Source: an uncultured delta proteobacterium
Lineage (GTDB): Bacteria > Desulfobacterota > BSN033 > UBA1163
Direction: 5' to 3'
Length of the DNA stretch: 64,000 bases
Assembly (NCBI GenBank): GCA_963827685.1
Contig: CAWHBU010000001.1
Location: forward strand, 352,001 to 416,000
Position numbers and translations under genes: made by a program
The notes under the pieces: model-generated
Databases searched by the model: none
The model's input: only the letters and a program-made list of their open reading frames with translations
What the model was told of the DNA's origin: nothing
In this document: in pieces, positions 8,417-18,151 of the stretch
How the letters are laid out: each line of letters opens with the position of its first letter
Numbering within the stretch: the stretch's first letter is position 1

Positions 8417-11400
8417 ATGTCCGGCCAAATTTACAATTGGAAACGATTCTGGTGCCCGAGAACAGGTAACGTTAATCTGTCCGATGGCGGATATCTATAC
8501 AATCCAGATTCAGAATGGGGACACATTTATAATCCCGATGTGGTGTCATTTGAATCCATAACGACTACTCCGTGTTTGGTACTGCTCGGTGAACCTGGAA
8601 TTGGTAAAACTTACACCATTCAAGCAGAACAAAAAACTATCTATCCAAGGATTGAAGAGAAAGGGGATCAGATTATTTGGTTGGATCTACGCTCATTTGG
8701 AAGTGAGGACAGATTGGTTCGAAATCTTTTTGAGAGCACAACCTTTATTTCCTGGGTGAAAGATAAATACCGGCTTCACCTTTTCATGGACAGTTTAGAT
8801 GAATGCCTTTTGAGAATTGATACCTTGGCAGCACTCCTAATCGATGAGTTCAAAAAATATCCTATCGAGCGACTTTACCTCCGCATCGCCTGCCGGACAG
8901 CCGATTGGCCGAACAGTTTAGAGATAGGCTTGGCTCAACTGTGGGGCAAAGATGTGGTAGGAATATATGAGTTGGTGCAGCAACGAATGGCCGTGGGAGC
9001 CCGAATCGCTGCGGTAACTATCTTTGCCAACCGGTATGCTATCTGGACAGGTATAGACCGCGGTGACGTTCCCGAGGAAGATACAACGGTCAAACAGTTG
9101 ATTGGCAAGAGCGAGAGTGTAGATGGGGATGAATTCCAAGTAAGCGAAGCTGCTGTCACGGAAACAGTGGCAACTGGGCTGTTCTCTTCTCGGGGGCCAA
9201 ATCGTCTAGGCTTTGCACATCAGACTTATGCCGAATTTCTTGCTGCCCGGTATTTAGTACAACGGCAAATGAACCTAACCCAAATGATGAGCCTTTTAAC
9301 TCATCCAGGCGATCCTGATAGAAAGTTAGTTCCTCAGCTGCATGAAGCAGCAGCCTGGTTGGCTGGAATGGTACCTGATGTATTTCGAGAAATTACACAG
9401 GTGAATCCTGACGTCTTGTTGCAAAGTGATGTAGCTACCGCCGATTCCAATGATCGAGCAGTACTGGTCAAGAATTTGTTAAACTTATATGATGAAGAGG
9501 TTTTGCTTGATTATAACATCGAAATCCGTAAACGTTACCGAAAACTTGCCCATCCCAGCCTGGCAGACCAGCTTCGACCGTACATTTGTGATAACACTAA
9601 AGGCATTATTGTACGCCGAGTGGCTATTGATATAGCCGAGGCCTGTGAACTCAAAACACTTCAGGATGATCTCGCAAATGTGGCTCTCGATAAGAGCCAG
9701 CCGCTTACGATCCGGGAAAATGCCGCATTAGCCATAAGCCAGATTGGCAGCGATGAGGTAAGAGCAAAACTGAAACCATTGGCCGTGGGTGAAACGGGCG
9801 ACGATCCCGATGATGAATTAAAGGGCTGCGGCCTTCGAGCATTATGGCCAACTCACTTGACAGCAGAAGAATTGTTCGCCTCCCTCTCCCCACCAAAGCG
9901 AGATAATCTATTCGGAGTGTACAAGTCTTTTCTTCATGATCTTACGAAGCATCTCCAACACGTTGATCTATCTATCGCGCTGAAATGGATTGGGAGGCAA
10001 AGGTCTCGGCATGAGCTGCCCGATCCATTTGAAGAAATCATGGATGCCATTATCTTGAAAGCGTGGGAGAATCTCGAATCACCGGGTGTATTAGAGAATT
10101 TTGCCGAAGCAGCTCTCTCACGATTAGAACATGATGATAAAATCGTAGGGGAACGCACAGATTCATCATTTAGAAGCATGTTGGAGAATAATAACGATAA
10201 GCGACGGCGGGTTCTGGACGTTATGTTCTCATTGCTGAATGACCCAGAAAAAGACGCGTTATTATTAGTTTATACGCCGTTGGTGTTAAACAAGGATTTA
10301 TTGTGGATGATAGAGCGCGTTAAATTATCAAAAAGTGAAAAGGTTCAGCGGGCATGGGCTCAGTTAATAACACGAACCTTTGATTTGAAGGAACCAAATC
10401 AATTTGAGGCTATTTTTGAGGCCTGCCAGGATTGTTCAATCCTCGCCGATGCATTTGCATGGCTTCTGAAACCGATTGAGTTAGATTCATCTGAAGCAAA
10501 GAAAATGAAAGCGGACTACCTAAGAAGGCAAGAATTGCAGAGAAGAGCTAAAGATTGGCCGCCTTTAGAACCACCCCCGGCAGAGAGGATAAACGATCTC
10601 TTAGATGAGTGTGAATCAGGTAACTCCGCTGCATGGTGGCGTCTGAACATGGAAATGACACTTGAACCAAATAGCCGCTATTATGGCAGTGACCACGGGT
10701 CAGATTTGACCGTTCTTCCCGGATGGAAAGTAGCAGATGTGAAAACCAGAAGAAGGATCATTGAGGCTGCCAAAAGATACGTATTTGAACAAGATCCGAA
10801 GACGAAAGAGTGGTTAGGCACAAACACCATTTATCGCCCTGCATATGCAGGTTATAGGGCACTGCGACTTCTGCTGCAAGAAGCTCCCGATTTTTTGTCT
10901 GAAATTCCCACCGATACTTGGAAGAATTGGGCACCGATTATCCTTACTTACTTTACAGCAGGCGGAGAAGGGGAGGAAGAAACTCAGCAAAAACTTGTGA
11001 ATGTCGCATATAAACATGCTCCTGAAGAGATCATTCAAACTCTGATGGTTCTGATAGATAAAGACAATACGGAGCATGGTCAAATTTACATTAGTCGCAG
11101 GGTTAAAGGATGTTGGGATGAACGTTTAGCAAATGCTCTGTGCATTAAAGCAAAGGATGATAAATTAAAGCCCGAATCTATGGCCTCTCTGCTTGGTGAT
11201 CTTCTTGACCATAAAGTCTATGAAGCCAGAAAATTTGCGGAGTCGTTAGTTCCTTCTTCACCCCCTTCCGCTGGAGACGAACGATCCAAAGCAATTATCG
11301 CGGCCCGTGTGCTCATGGTGGGTGCCGAAGATTCTGGTTGGTCCGTTGTGTGGCCTGCCGTTCAACAAGATACTGAGTTCGGACGAGAAGTAATTTCAGC

Positions 11401-12349
11401 AGTAGCAAATCGTTATGATCGAAACGCATCGAAGGTGGGGCAACAGCTTCCAGAGGACATTTTGGCAAATTTGTTTGTTTGGCTTGCTCGTCAGTATCCC
11501 TATTCAGAAGATCCCAAACATGAAGGGGCCTACTGCGTTGGGCCCAGAGAAAGCATCGCTTACTTCAGAGATGCCATCTTACAGCATCTAAAACAGTGCG
11601 GCACCCAGAAGGCATGCGAGGCAATTAAGGATATTATCTGCGAACTACCCGACCTTGGGTGGTTGAAGTGGACTCTGCTGGAGGCACAAGCAATTACACG
11701 GCGCCGTACTTGGGTACCTCCTCGCATAGAAGATATCCTTAAGATGGCGAGTAGTCAGCAATTACGCCTGGTTCAAAGCGGAGATGAACTGTTAAATGTA
11801 GTACTGGAATCACTGAAGCGACTAGAGCAGACATTTCGGGGGGAAACCCCGGCTTCAAGAGATGTTTGGGACCAGATTGCGGATAAGGTGTTTCGCCCGA
11901 TCAATGAAAACGAATTCTCAGACTACATAAAAAGACACCTCGATGAAGATCTAAGGCAAAAAGGTATTATTGTTAATCGTGAAGTTCGCATTCACCGGGG
12001 TGAGCGGACAGATATCCACGTTGATGCCGTTGTGCGCGGTGCACATGGGAATCTTTACGACTCCATAACCGTTATTATTGAAGTAAAGGGCTGTTGGAAC
12101 CCAGAACTGCATCAGGCAATGGAAAGACAGCTTCTTAACTGCTATCTGAAGGATACCCACTGCCAGCACGGTTTGTATCTTGTAGGTTGGTTTAATTGCG
12201 AACAATGGGATGACGGAGATTATAGAAAAAAGCAAGCAACAAAACTTTGTAAGGATGACGCACAAGAACAATTGAATGTCCAAGCTACCACATTATCTCG
12301 ACAAGGTAAAACGATCAAAACCTTGCTTATAAATGCGGCACTTCGCTAA
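8417..12349 (+). CDS. NACHT/STAND NTPase with helical-repeat region and C-terminal PD-(D/E)xK nuclease; probable anti-phage protein
   Basis: Walker A LLGEPGIGKT, Walker B LFMDSLDE, sensor IACRTADW, winged-helix FAHQTYAEFLAARYL, C-terminal NREV...RTDIHV...IIEVKG. Confidence 0.8.
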   Translation: MSGQIYNWKRFWCPRTGNVNLSDGGYLYNPDSEWGHIYNPDVVSFESITTTPCLVLLGEPGIGKTYTIQAEQKTIYPRIEEKGDQIIWLDLRSFGSEDRLVRNLFESTTFISWVKDKYRLHLFMDSLDECLLRIDTLAALLIDEFKKYPIERLYLRIACRTADWPNSLEIGLAQLWGKDVVGIYELVQQRMAVGARIAAVTIFANRYAIWTGIDRGDVPEEDTTVKQLIGKSESVDGDEFQVSEAAVTETVATGLFSSRGPNRLGFAHQTYAEFLAARYLVQRQMNLTQMMSLLTHPGDPDRKLVPQLHEAAAWLAGMVPDVFREITQVNPDVLLQSDVATADSNDRAVLVKNLLNLYDEEVLLDYNIEIRKRYRKLAHPSLADQLRPYICDNTKGIIVRRVAIDIAEACELKTLQDDLANVALDKSQPLTIRENAALAISQIGSDEVRAKLKPLAVGETGDDPDDELKGCGLRALWPTHLTAEELFASLSPPKRDNLFGVYKSFLHDLTKHLQHVDLSIALKWIGRQRSRHELPDPFEEIMDAIILKAWENLESPGVLENFAEAALSRLEHDDKIVGERTDSSFRSMLENNNDKRRRVLDVMFSLLNDPEKDALLLVYTPLVLNKDLLWMIERVKLSKSEKVQRAWAQLITRTFDLKEPNQFEAIFEACQDCSILADAFAWLLKPIELDSSEAKKMKADYLRRQELQRRAKDWPPLEPPPAERINDLLDECESGNSAAWWRLNMEMTLEPNSRYYGSDHGSDLTVLPGWKVADVKTRRRIIEAAKRYVFEQDPKTKEWLGTNTIYRPAYAGYRALRLLLQEAPDFLSEIPTDTWKNWAPIILTYFTAGGEGEEETQQKLVNVAYKHAPEEIIQTLMVLIDKDNTEHGQIYISRRVKGCWDERLANALCIKAKDDKLKPESMASLLGDLLDHKVYEARKFAESLVPSSPPSAGDERSKAIIAARVLMVGAEDSGWSVVWPAVQQDTEFGREVISAVANRYDRNASKVGQQLPEDILANLFVWLARQYPYSEDPKHEGAYCVGPRESIAYFRDAILQHLKQCGTQKACEAIKDIICELPDLGWLKWTLLEAQAITRRRTWVPPRIEDILKMASSQQLRLVQSGDELLNVVLESLKRLEQTFRGETPASRDVWDQIADKVFRPINENEFSDYIKRHLDEDLRQKGIIVNREVRIHRGERTDIHVDAVVRGAHGNLYDSITVIIEVKGCWNPELHQAMERQLLNCYLKDTHCQHGLYLVGWFNCEQWDDGDYRKKQATKLCKDDAQEQLNVQATTLSRQGKTIKTLLINAALR

Positions 12350-12489
12350 TCAAAGAGTGGAATGGGGTTAAATCTTTATCCTTGAATATTTATTAGTGCC
12401 CCACCCATAAAAAAGGTGGGCCTCCTGTAATTTTAGATTTCAGATTTTAAATTTCAAATTTGTTAAGAAGGGGGTTGGATTCTTCTCTC

Positions 12490-13377
12490 TCAGGTGCGGG
12501 GTGCCGGACTTTTGTTCATACTTAGAAGGACCATGCCAAAGAATATCGGCACGACGGAGAGCAATTGAAACCGCGTCGGGATATTGTGCAGGATGAGCCA
12601 GGCAAATAATAACGTTAGCGGAGGCGCAATACTGGCCAACGCATTTGACTTTGTCACGCTGATCCTATGGATCCCCTCCACCCATAAGATTTTTGAAAAT
12701 CCTAACAGCAAAAGGCCATTGATCAAGATGAGGGCAGCGGAACTCTTAAGATCCGTTATCGAAGCTCTTTCCTTAAACAAGTAGGCTAAAATCAATACGA
12801 TGGGAGTGCTTATGGAGCTGCGAACGAACAGAATCATTTCGCTGCTGACGGTTTGCCTTGCCTTTTGTTGGAAGTAGTTCCCAAAGGGCGCGATCATGGT
12901 AGCCATTAAGATTAAAAGATCGCCCAGATGAAGCTTGGTCATGTTGGGATAGAGAACGATGAACACACCGATCAGCATGAAGACGGCTCCCAGGGTATGT
13001 TTTGGGGATATGAAATCTTTGCGCCAGACATGGAAAAAAGCAAAACTGAAAAACATTTCGGTTGATACGATCAGGCTTGCATTTCCAGCGCTCGTATAGC
13101 GGAGGCCGAGGAAGACCAGGCCATAGTACAGAATGCCGAGGAAGAATGTGGCCCACAAGATGTTTTTAAAGGAGGATCGACCCATGATCTCCCCCCATCG
13201 ATGTCCGAGCGTTAACGCGCCGCTAAAAAAGAGGGCCGCAAAGAAGGTGCTCCATCCGAAAGAGATCAAAGGAGGAAGACGGTCATAGGAGAGAATGGTA
13301 ATCACCGGGAAGAGGCTCCAGAGGAGAGCCTGTAAGAGAATAAGAAATTCTCCTTGTCTTTCCCGATCGGGTTTCAT
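12490..13377 (-). CDS. DMT/EamA family transporter
   Basis: About 10 hydrophobic helices in two repeats; LRYTSAGNASLI and LGDLLIL motifs. Likely start ATG 13377 (ORF open to 13476). Confidence 0.85.
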   Translation of the reverse strand: MKPDRERQGEFLILLQALLWSLFPVITILSYDRLPPLISFGWSTFFAALFFSGALTLGHRWGEIMGRSSFKNILWATFFLGILYYGLVFLGLRYTSAGNASLIVSTEMFFSFAFFHVWRKDFISPKHTLGAVFMLIGVFIVLYPNMTKLHLGDLLILMATMIAPFGNYFQQKARQTVSSEMILFVRSSISTPIVLILAYLFKERASITDLKSSAALILINGLLLLGFSKILWVEGIHRISVTKSNALASIAPPLTLLFAWLILHNIPTRFQLLSVVPIFFGMVLLSMNKSPAPRT

Positions 13378-13741
13378 AAAGGATCCGTTGGGAGTGTTAA
13401 GCCCTCCTCCTAACAAAGAAGGAAAGTTCCCGGTGAAAGGGGACGCCCCCTGTCCTCCTTTCCGATGTAACTCCATTGTAGAACAAGCGTTAGGGAAATC
13501 GAAGAGACTGTGCCGGTGTATGGGTTATTGAATAGGGAATCATCCTAAAAAAATACTGGTGGATTCTCGCCCAAATACAGTACATCCCCCATTTACAATA
13601 TGGAGGTCTTTCTCGTAGACTGAAAATAGAGCTTCTATTCTTTTTTCGTATACCGTGCTGTTTCGATTGGAATGAGCACATAGGCCAGAAGTTAGGCCCC
13701 GAGGAGAAAAAAATAGACGTTTCAAAAGAGGAGGAGGAGAA

Positions 13742-14422
13742 ATGAGGCTTTTCAACATCCATGTGATTCCATGTCATTCGGCAAGTGACTTTCATTCGAA
13801 ATTGAAAAAAAGGATAATGCTGCACACCATCCTGGAGTCCGTCAAAATCGTTTTCATCATGGCCATCGCCGTTTTTGTCCTTCCGGAATACGTTGTGCCC
13901 CTTTCCCAAAGAAGCGCGCGAGCCGACTTTCCGGTCGGAATGGAGGAGTTTCTTCCCATCACAAAATCCGCCGACACCAACATAAAAGAAGTTCTGCATC
14001 TTGCGAATATGATCCGGTTAATTACAGAAAATCAACTTCCCGAAGCCAAAGTGTTGAGGTATGCCGGTTTGATCTCCCATGTTTCCCGGAGATATGGAGA
14101 GAACCCCCTTGAAATCATAGCGATCATCATGGCCGAAAGCAATTTCAAGGGAGATAGCATCAATAGGGAGACCGGCGATTATGGTCTCGGGCAGATCAAT
14201 TGGGAATATTGGGGCAAAGACTACGGGTTGACGCCCACACAACTTCTGGATCCGTCGATCAACATTTTTTTAACCTGCCATGTCTACAATTTTTTTGGAA
14301 AGGATTTCGGCAAATACCATCGAGGCAACGGCATCCAGTGCAATGCCTACCTTGTGAATGTAAAAGGTATTCTCTCCACGTTGAATGCCTTTATCGAATT
14401 GAACAAAGAGAATATTTCCTAA
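13742..14422 (+). CDS. Lytic transglycosylase (SLT domain) with N-terminal membrane anchor
   Basis: AIIMAESNF (catalytic Glu), DYGLGQIN, LLDPSINI; strong SD. Confidence 0.8.
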   Translation: MRLFNIHVIPCHSASDFHSKLKKRIMLHTILESVKIVFIMAIAVFVLPEYVVPLSQRSARADFPVGMEEFLPITKSADTNIKEVLHLANMIRLITENQLPEAKVLRYAGLISHVSRRYGENPLEIIAIIMAESNFKGDSINRETGDYGLGQINWEYWGKDYGLTPTQLLDPSINIFLTCHVYNFFGKDFGKYHRGNGIQCNAYLVNVKGILSTLNAFIELNKENIS

Positions 14423-14794
14423 ATAGCAGCTTCGGGGGAAGAGCACATTGAACTATTTCCCCAGAGCTTTCGTTTGTATCCGTTGAATAGGTTTAATCCT
14501 ATCGTTTTCCTCTGTCTCTCTCTGCCTCGGTCATGTTCCGATTCCTCCATTCTTTTTGCTGGGCTGGTGCTCGAAGGGATGAAGAAAGCACTGCGATATC
14601 TCGTCGCCGATTTTCGTTGACATAGCACTGCTTTTTTTGTATATCCAACTCATCCCAAGGCGAGTTCTTATCATCTCATGAAAAGGAAGTGACCTACAGA
14701 CGGAAACGATGGAAAACGGAGGCATAACCAGAATCATGTAAGAATTAGGATGCATTCTTTATCAAATCTTAACAAATAAGGAGGAAGATTATCG

Positions 14795-16582
14795 ATGAGA
14801 AAAACGGAAGCCTCTTCAGTCCGGTATTACAGGTTAAAAGTTGTTTCCATGTTTATTGCCGCGTTCATGCTCCTGGCTCCCAGCGGCTATTTTAACGCTG
14901 CCGAAGTCCTTGCCCAGGGTCGGGCGAAGGCTGTCGATTCGATGCGGCCGGATCGGGAAACCACAGAAGGTCTCGTCATCGGCGCGGTGAACAGAGCCAC
15001 CAATACCCTTTCCTGGAAGGGGATTCCCTATGCCAGGCCTCCTGTCGGCGATCTCCGCTGGAAGGCACCTCAGGAGCCCGAAAAACGTTCAACGCCCTTC
15101 AAGACGGTTACTGTTTGCGAGATATGCCCCCAGTACATCGACCATGATAATAATCCCGCCACGCCGCAGGTTATCCTGGGTAATGAAGACTGCCTTTACC
15201 TGAATATCTGGCGTCCAAAGACCAAGGCAGCCGATCTGCCCGTTTATCTCTGGATCCACGGCGGCGGAAACAGCATTCAGTGGCCGCTCCTCTCCGATAC
15301 GGATGCCTCTGTCCTCGCCAACAAGTCGAACATGGTCGTCGTGACCGTCAATTATCGCCTGGGACCGATGGGCTTCTTCAGTCATCCGGCCCTCCGTAGC
15401 GGGAAAAAGGGCGATGAGAAAAGTGATTCCGGGAATTTCGGGCTTTTGGATCTGATTCAGGCCCTATCCTGGATAAAGGCCAATATTGGGGCCTTCGGCG
15501 GCGATCCCGGAAATGTAACCATCGCCGGGGAGTCGGCGGGAGGCCAAAACGTCATTTCCCTCATCGCCTCGCCTCTGGCGAAAAGTCTTTTTCACAGGGC
15601 CATTTCTGAAAGCGGCGTTATCAGACCGGCGACGCCCGCGCAGGGAGCGGAGCATGCAAATGATGTCATCGCGAAACTCCTCGTAAGAGACGGCAGCGCC
15701 CCGGATGAAAAAACGGCAGCGGCCAAGCTGAAGGGCATGTCCCGGAAAGATATTGAAAAGTATTTAAGGTCGAAAAGCGCCCAGGCCTTCCTGGAAATGT
15801 ACCCGGAAGGCAAGTTGATAGGGATGATCAGATTTCCCAACAGCTTCGGCGACGGCGCGGTGCTCCCTGTTGATTTTTATGGGGCCTTGAAGGCTGGGAG
15901 CTACAACAAAGTACCGACCATCCTTGGAACAAATAAAGAGGAAGCGAAGCTGTTTCTCAGGTTGGATCCAAAATTTATGCCCTGGCAAGGCGACGGTTCC
16001 CTATTCAAAGACCCAGCCAAGACCGAGCTGTATGACCTGGTCGCCCAATATCAGAGCGACGGCTGGAAGGTCATGGCCGTGGACCAGTTGACAAGAATCC
16101 TAAGAACCAATGCTGATCAGCCCATGATTTATGCCTATCAATTCTTGTGGGGGGCCGGGGGGATGAAGAAAAGCGTTATGCCTTTTCCCGCTAATCTGCT
16201 GCTCGGTGCCTGCCACGCCATGGAGATCGATTTCGTTTTCGGAACGGAAGCCGTATCGCTTGGCGGTGTTGCCTTCGATGAAAAGAATCGCCCCGGCCGG
16301 GTCGCCCTGTCGAATGCAATGATGGACTATTGGGCCCAGTTCGCCCGAACGGGCAATCCCAACCGGGAGGGGTCCGGTCTGCCTGAATGGAAACCGTGGT
16401 CCAATACGCAAGGCTTTCCGAAGACCATCCTGCTGGATGCGGATTTCAACAATCTCAAAATAGAGATGTCTGCGAACGAACTTACCAATGAGGCAATTGA
16501 AAAGGCATTGAAGGCGGAACCCCGACAAACAGAAATACAACCCTTCTGGGATACCTCCCGCTACAGGACGTTAAAGAAGTAA
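14795..16582 (+). CDS. Secreted type-B carboxylesterase
   Basis: KGIPYARPPVGDLRWKAP, EDCLYLNIW, WIHGGG, GESAG, CHAMEI; signal peptide. Confidence 0.92.
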   Translation: MRKTEASSVRYYRLKVVSMFIAAFMLLAPSGYFNAAEVLAQGRAKAVDSMRPDRETTEGLVIGAVNRATNTLSWKGIPYARPPVGDLRWKAPQEPEKRSTPFKTVTVCEICPQYIDHDNNPATPQVILGNEDCLYLNIWRPKTKAADLPVYLWIHGGGNSIQWPLLSDTDASVLANKSNMVVVTVNYRLGPMGFFSHPALRSGKKGDEKSDSGNFGLLDLIQALSWIKANIGAFGGDPGNVTIAGESAGGQNVISLIASPLAKSLFHRAISESGVIRPATPAQGAEHANDVIAKLLVRDGSAPDEKTAAAKLKGMSRKDIEKYLRSKSAQAFLEMYPEGKLIGMIRFPNSFGDGAVLPVDFYGALKAGSYNKVPTILGTNKEEAKLFLRLDPKFMPWQGDGSLFKDPAKTELYDLVAQYQSDGWKVMAVDQLTRILRTNADQPMIYAYQFLWGAGGMKKSVMPFPANLLLGACHAMEIDFVFGTEAVSLGGVAFDEKNRPGRVALSNAMMDYWAQFARTGNPNREGSGLPEWKPWSNTQGFPKTILLDADFNNLKIEMSANELTNEAIEKALKAEPRQTEIQPFWDTSRYRTLKK

Positions 16583-16602
16583 GGTTAATGTCGTTTCGTA
16601 TT

Positions 16603-16641
16603 GCTTCTTTTGCCCCGCCGTGCAGCCGGGGCAAAGGAAGC
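16603..16641 (+). terminator. Hairpin after the esterase gene, probable terminator
   Basis: GCTTCTTTTGCCCCG...CGGGGCAAAGGAAGC stem. Confidence 0.55.
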
Positions 16642-17173
16642 GCCTCCGGTTTGATTTTCACAATCTGGACTTAAGATTTATCGGAGCCTTCCGCCTGTCC
16701 CGCTTATTCAAAGTTTTTTGAGCGTCGAGATATTCAGACATGAAGGCTTCTCTTAATGTGCTATAGGCAAGAAAAGAAGAATTGGTTATTTCGGTGCTTG
16801 TTCGATTTACGGTTTTGGTTCTTATGGGAGTCATTCCGCACGCCGCTGATTGAAATCATTATTAACTCTTTCAATCTGAGACCAACATCAGCAGAAAAAT
16901 AGCAGCGATCTTCAAAATTGATTTCTGCGTGCTTCCCTACTCCTCATTCGTTGAATTCACCAAAACGCAGCATCATATCTTTATGTGGACTAAACCATCA
17001 AAAACATCACTTTGGAGATTAATATTCCCTCTTGATCAGCTCAAGCTTGTCGATTGCCCGAGAGGGTGGATGAATCGGGAAGGTTATAACCGATATCTCA
17101 AGATAACGCATGCCAAAATGAAGGACCGGTTTGCTGCCAGAAGACGGTCAAAAAATAGAAAGGAGGGACCGAT

Positions 17174-17884
17174 ATAACGGAAAAATTAATCATTGCTCAC
17201 CGTGGCGCCCCAAGCTATGCAAAAGAGAATACGATCGAATCGTTTGAAAAAGCTATAGCTCTGGGAGCGGATATGATCGAGTTCGATGTGAGAAGAACGA
17301 AAGACAATGTTTTTATTGTCTATCATGACGGATTGATTCAAGGCAAGCCCGTCAACGATTTGGTCTATGAAGAGATTAGCCAAATGGCCAAGGATCAGGG
17401 ATTTGACATTCCTACGGTTGAAGAGGTTTTAAGATGGTCAAGGGGAAGGATAAAACTTGATGTCGAATTAAAGGAAGAAGACTATGAAAAAGAAATTGTA
17501 GAATTATTATCCAAGTATCTTGAAAAAGATCAATTTGTTATCACTTCATTTAATGAATCTTCTTTGAAGATCATCAAAGACAATTATCCCGGTATTCAAG
17601 TTGGTTTACTGTTAGGAAGATTCGAGGCCCCCCTATGGACAAGAATTTCGGAATTTTTCCCCATGAAAAGGTGTAAAAAAGCCCAGGCAGATTTCTTGGT
17701 GGCCCATTTGAAATTGTTAAGGTTTGGTTTCTTAGAAAGGGCCCGAAGAAGTCATAAACCAGTCTTCGTTTGGACAGTGAACGATGAAGAAATGATTCGG
17801 AAATTGCTGAATGACAGAAGCGTTTACGCCATCATCACAGATAAACCAGATTTAGCTGTTTCGCTACGGAATAAGATACTTTAG
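17174..17884 (+). CDS. Glycerophosphodiester phosphodiesterase (GDPD family)
   Basis: IIAHRGA...ENTIESF...GADMIEFDV lies in frame upstream of the tracked ATG; also VYHD, DVELK, WTVND, IITDKP. Needs an ATA start at 17174. Confidence 0.88.
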   Translation: MTEKLIIAHRGAPSYAKENTIESFEKAIALGADMIEFDVRRTKDNVFIVYHDGLIQGKPVNDLVYEEISQMAKDQGFDIPTVEEVLRWSRGRIKLDVELKEEDYEKEIVELLSKYLEKDQFVITSFNESSLKIIKDNYPGIQVGLLLGRFEAPLWTRISEFFPMKRCKKAQADFLVAHLKLLRFGFLERARRSHKPVFVWTVNDEEMIRKLLNDRSVYAIITDKPDLAVSLRNKIL

Positions 17885-18101
17885 CTTAAAGAGAAAGGCA
17901 CAATGAAAAGCGGTATTACATCTCCGGAAACACTGCCTTGGGTCAGGTGGCTTCCATTTCTCAGTCAATTTCTTCTTCAATCTTTGATCTAATAAGAACT
18001 TCGTCGCCCGTCTCTTGCTAAAGAGACTGTGTCGTAATTGTGATTTGGGATAGATTCAGTTGGGCAAGTGTTTTAAGGAAGATGAATATAGGAATTCATT
18101 C

Positions 18102-18135
18102 CCCCTCGCCCCTTTAGCAAAAGAGGGGCGAGGGG
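18102..18135 (-). terminator. GC-rich hairpin downstream of hcp
   Basis: CCCCTCGCCCCT...AGGGGCGAGGGG inverted repeat. Confidence 0.55.
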
Positions 18136-18151
18136 TGCGAGGGGTTGAGCT

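Noticed and set aside
8280-12400. NACHT gene as an integron cassette
   Set aside because: A GTTAG lies upstream, but there is no convincing RYYYAAC...GTTRRRY attC hairpin and no integrase in the window.
13380-13500. Riboswitch upstream of the EamA transporter
   Set aside because: Purine-rich with short hairpins, but no recognisable aptamer consensus.
16929-17177. 82-aa ORF upstream of GDPD
   Set aside because: No SD or recognisable domain; it may be a gene remnant but cannot be supported.
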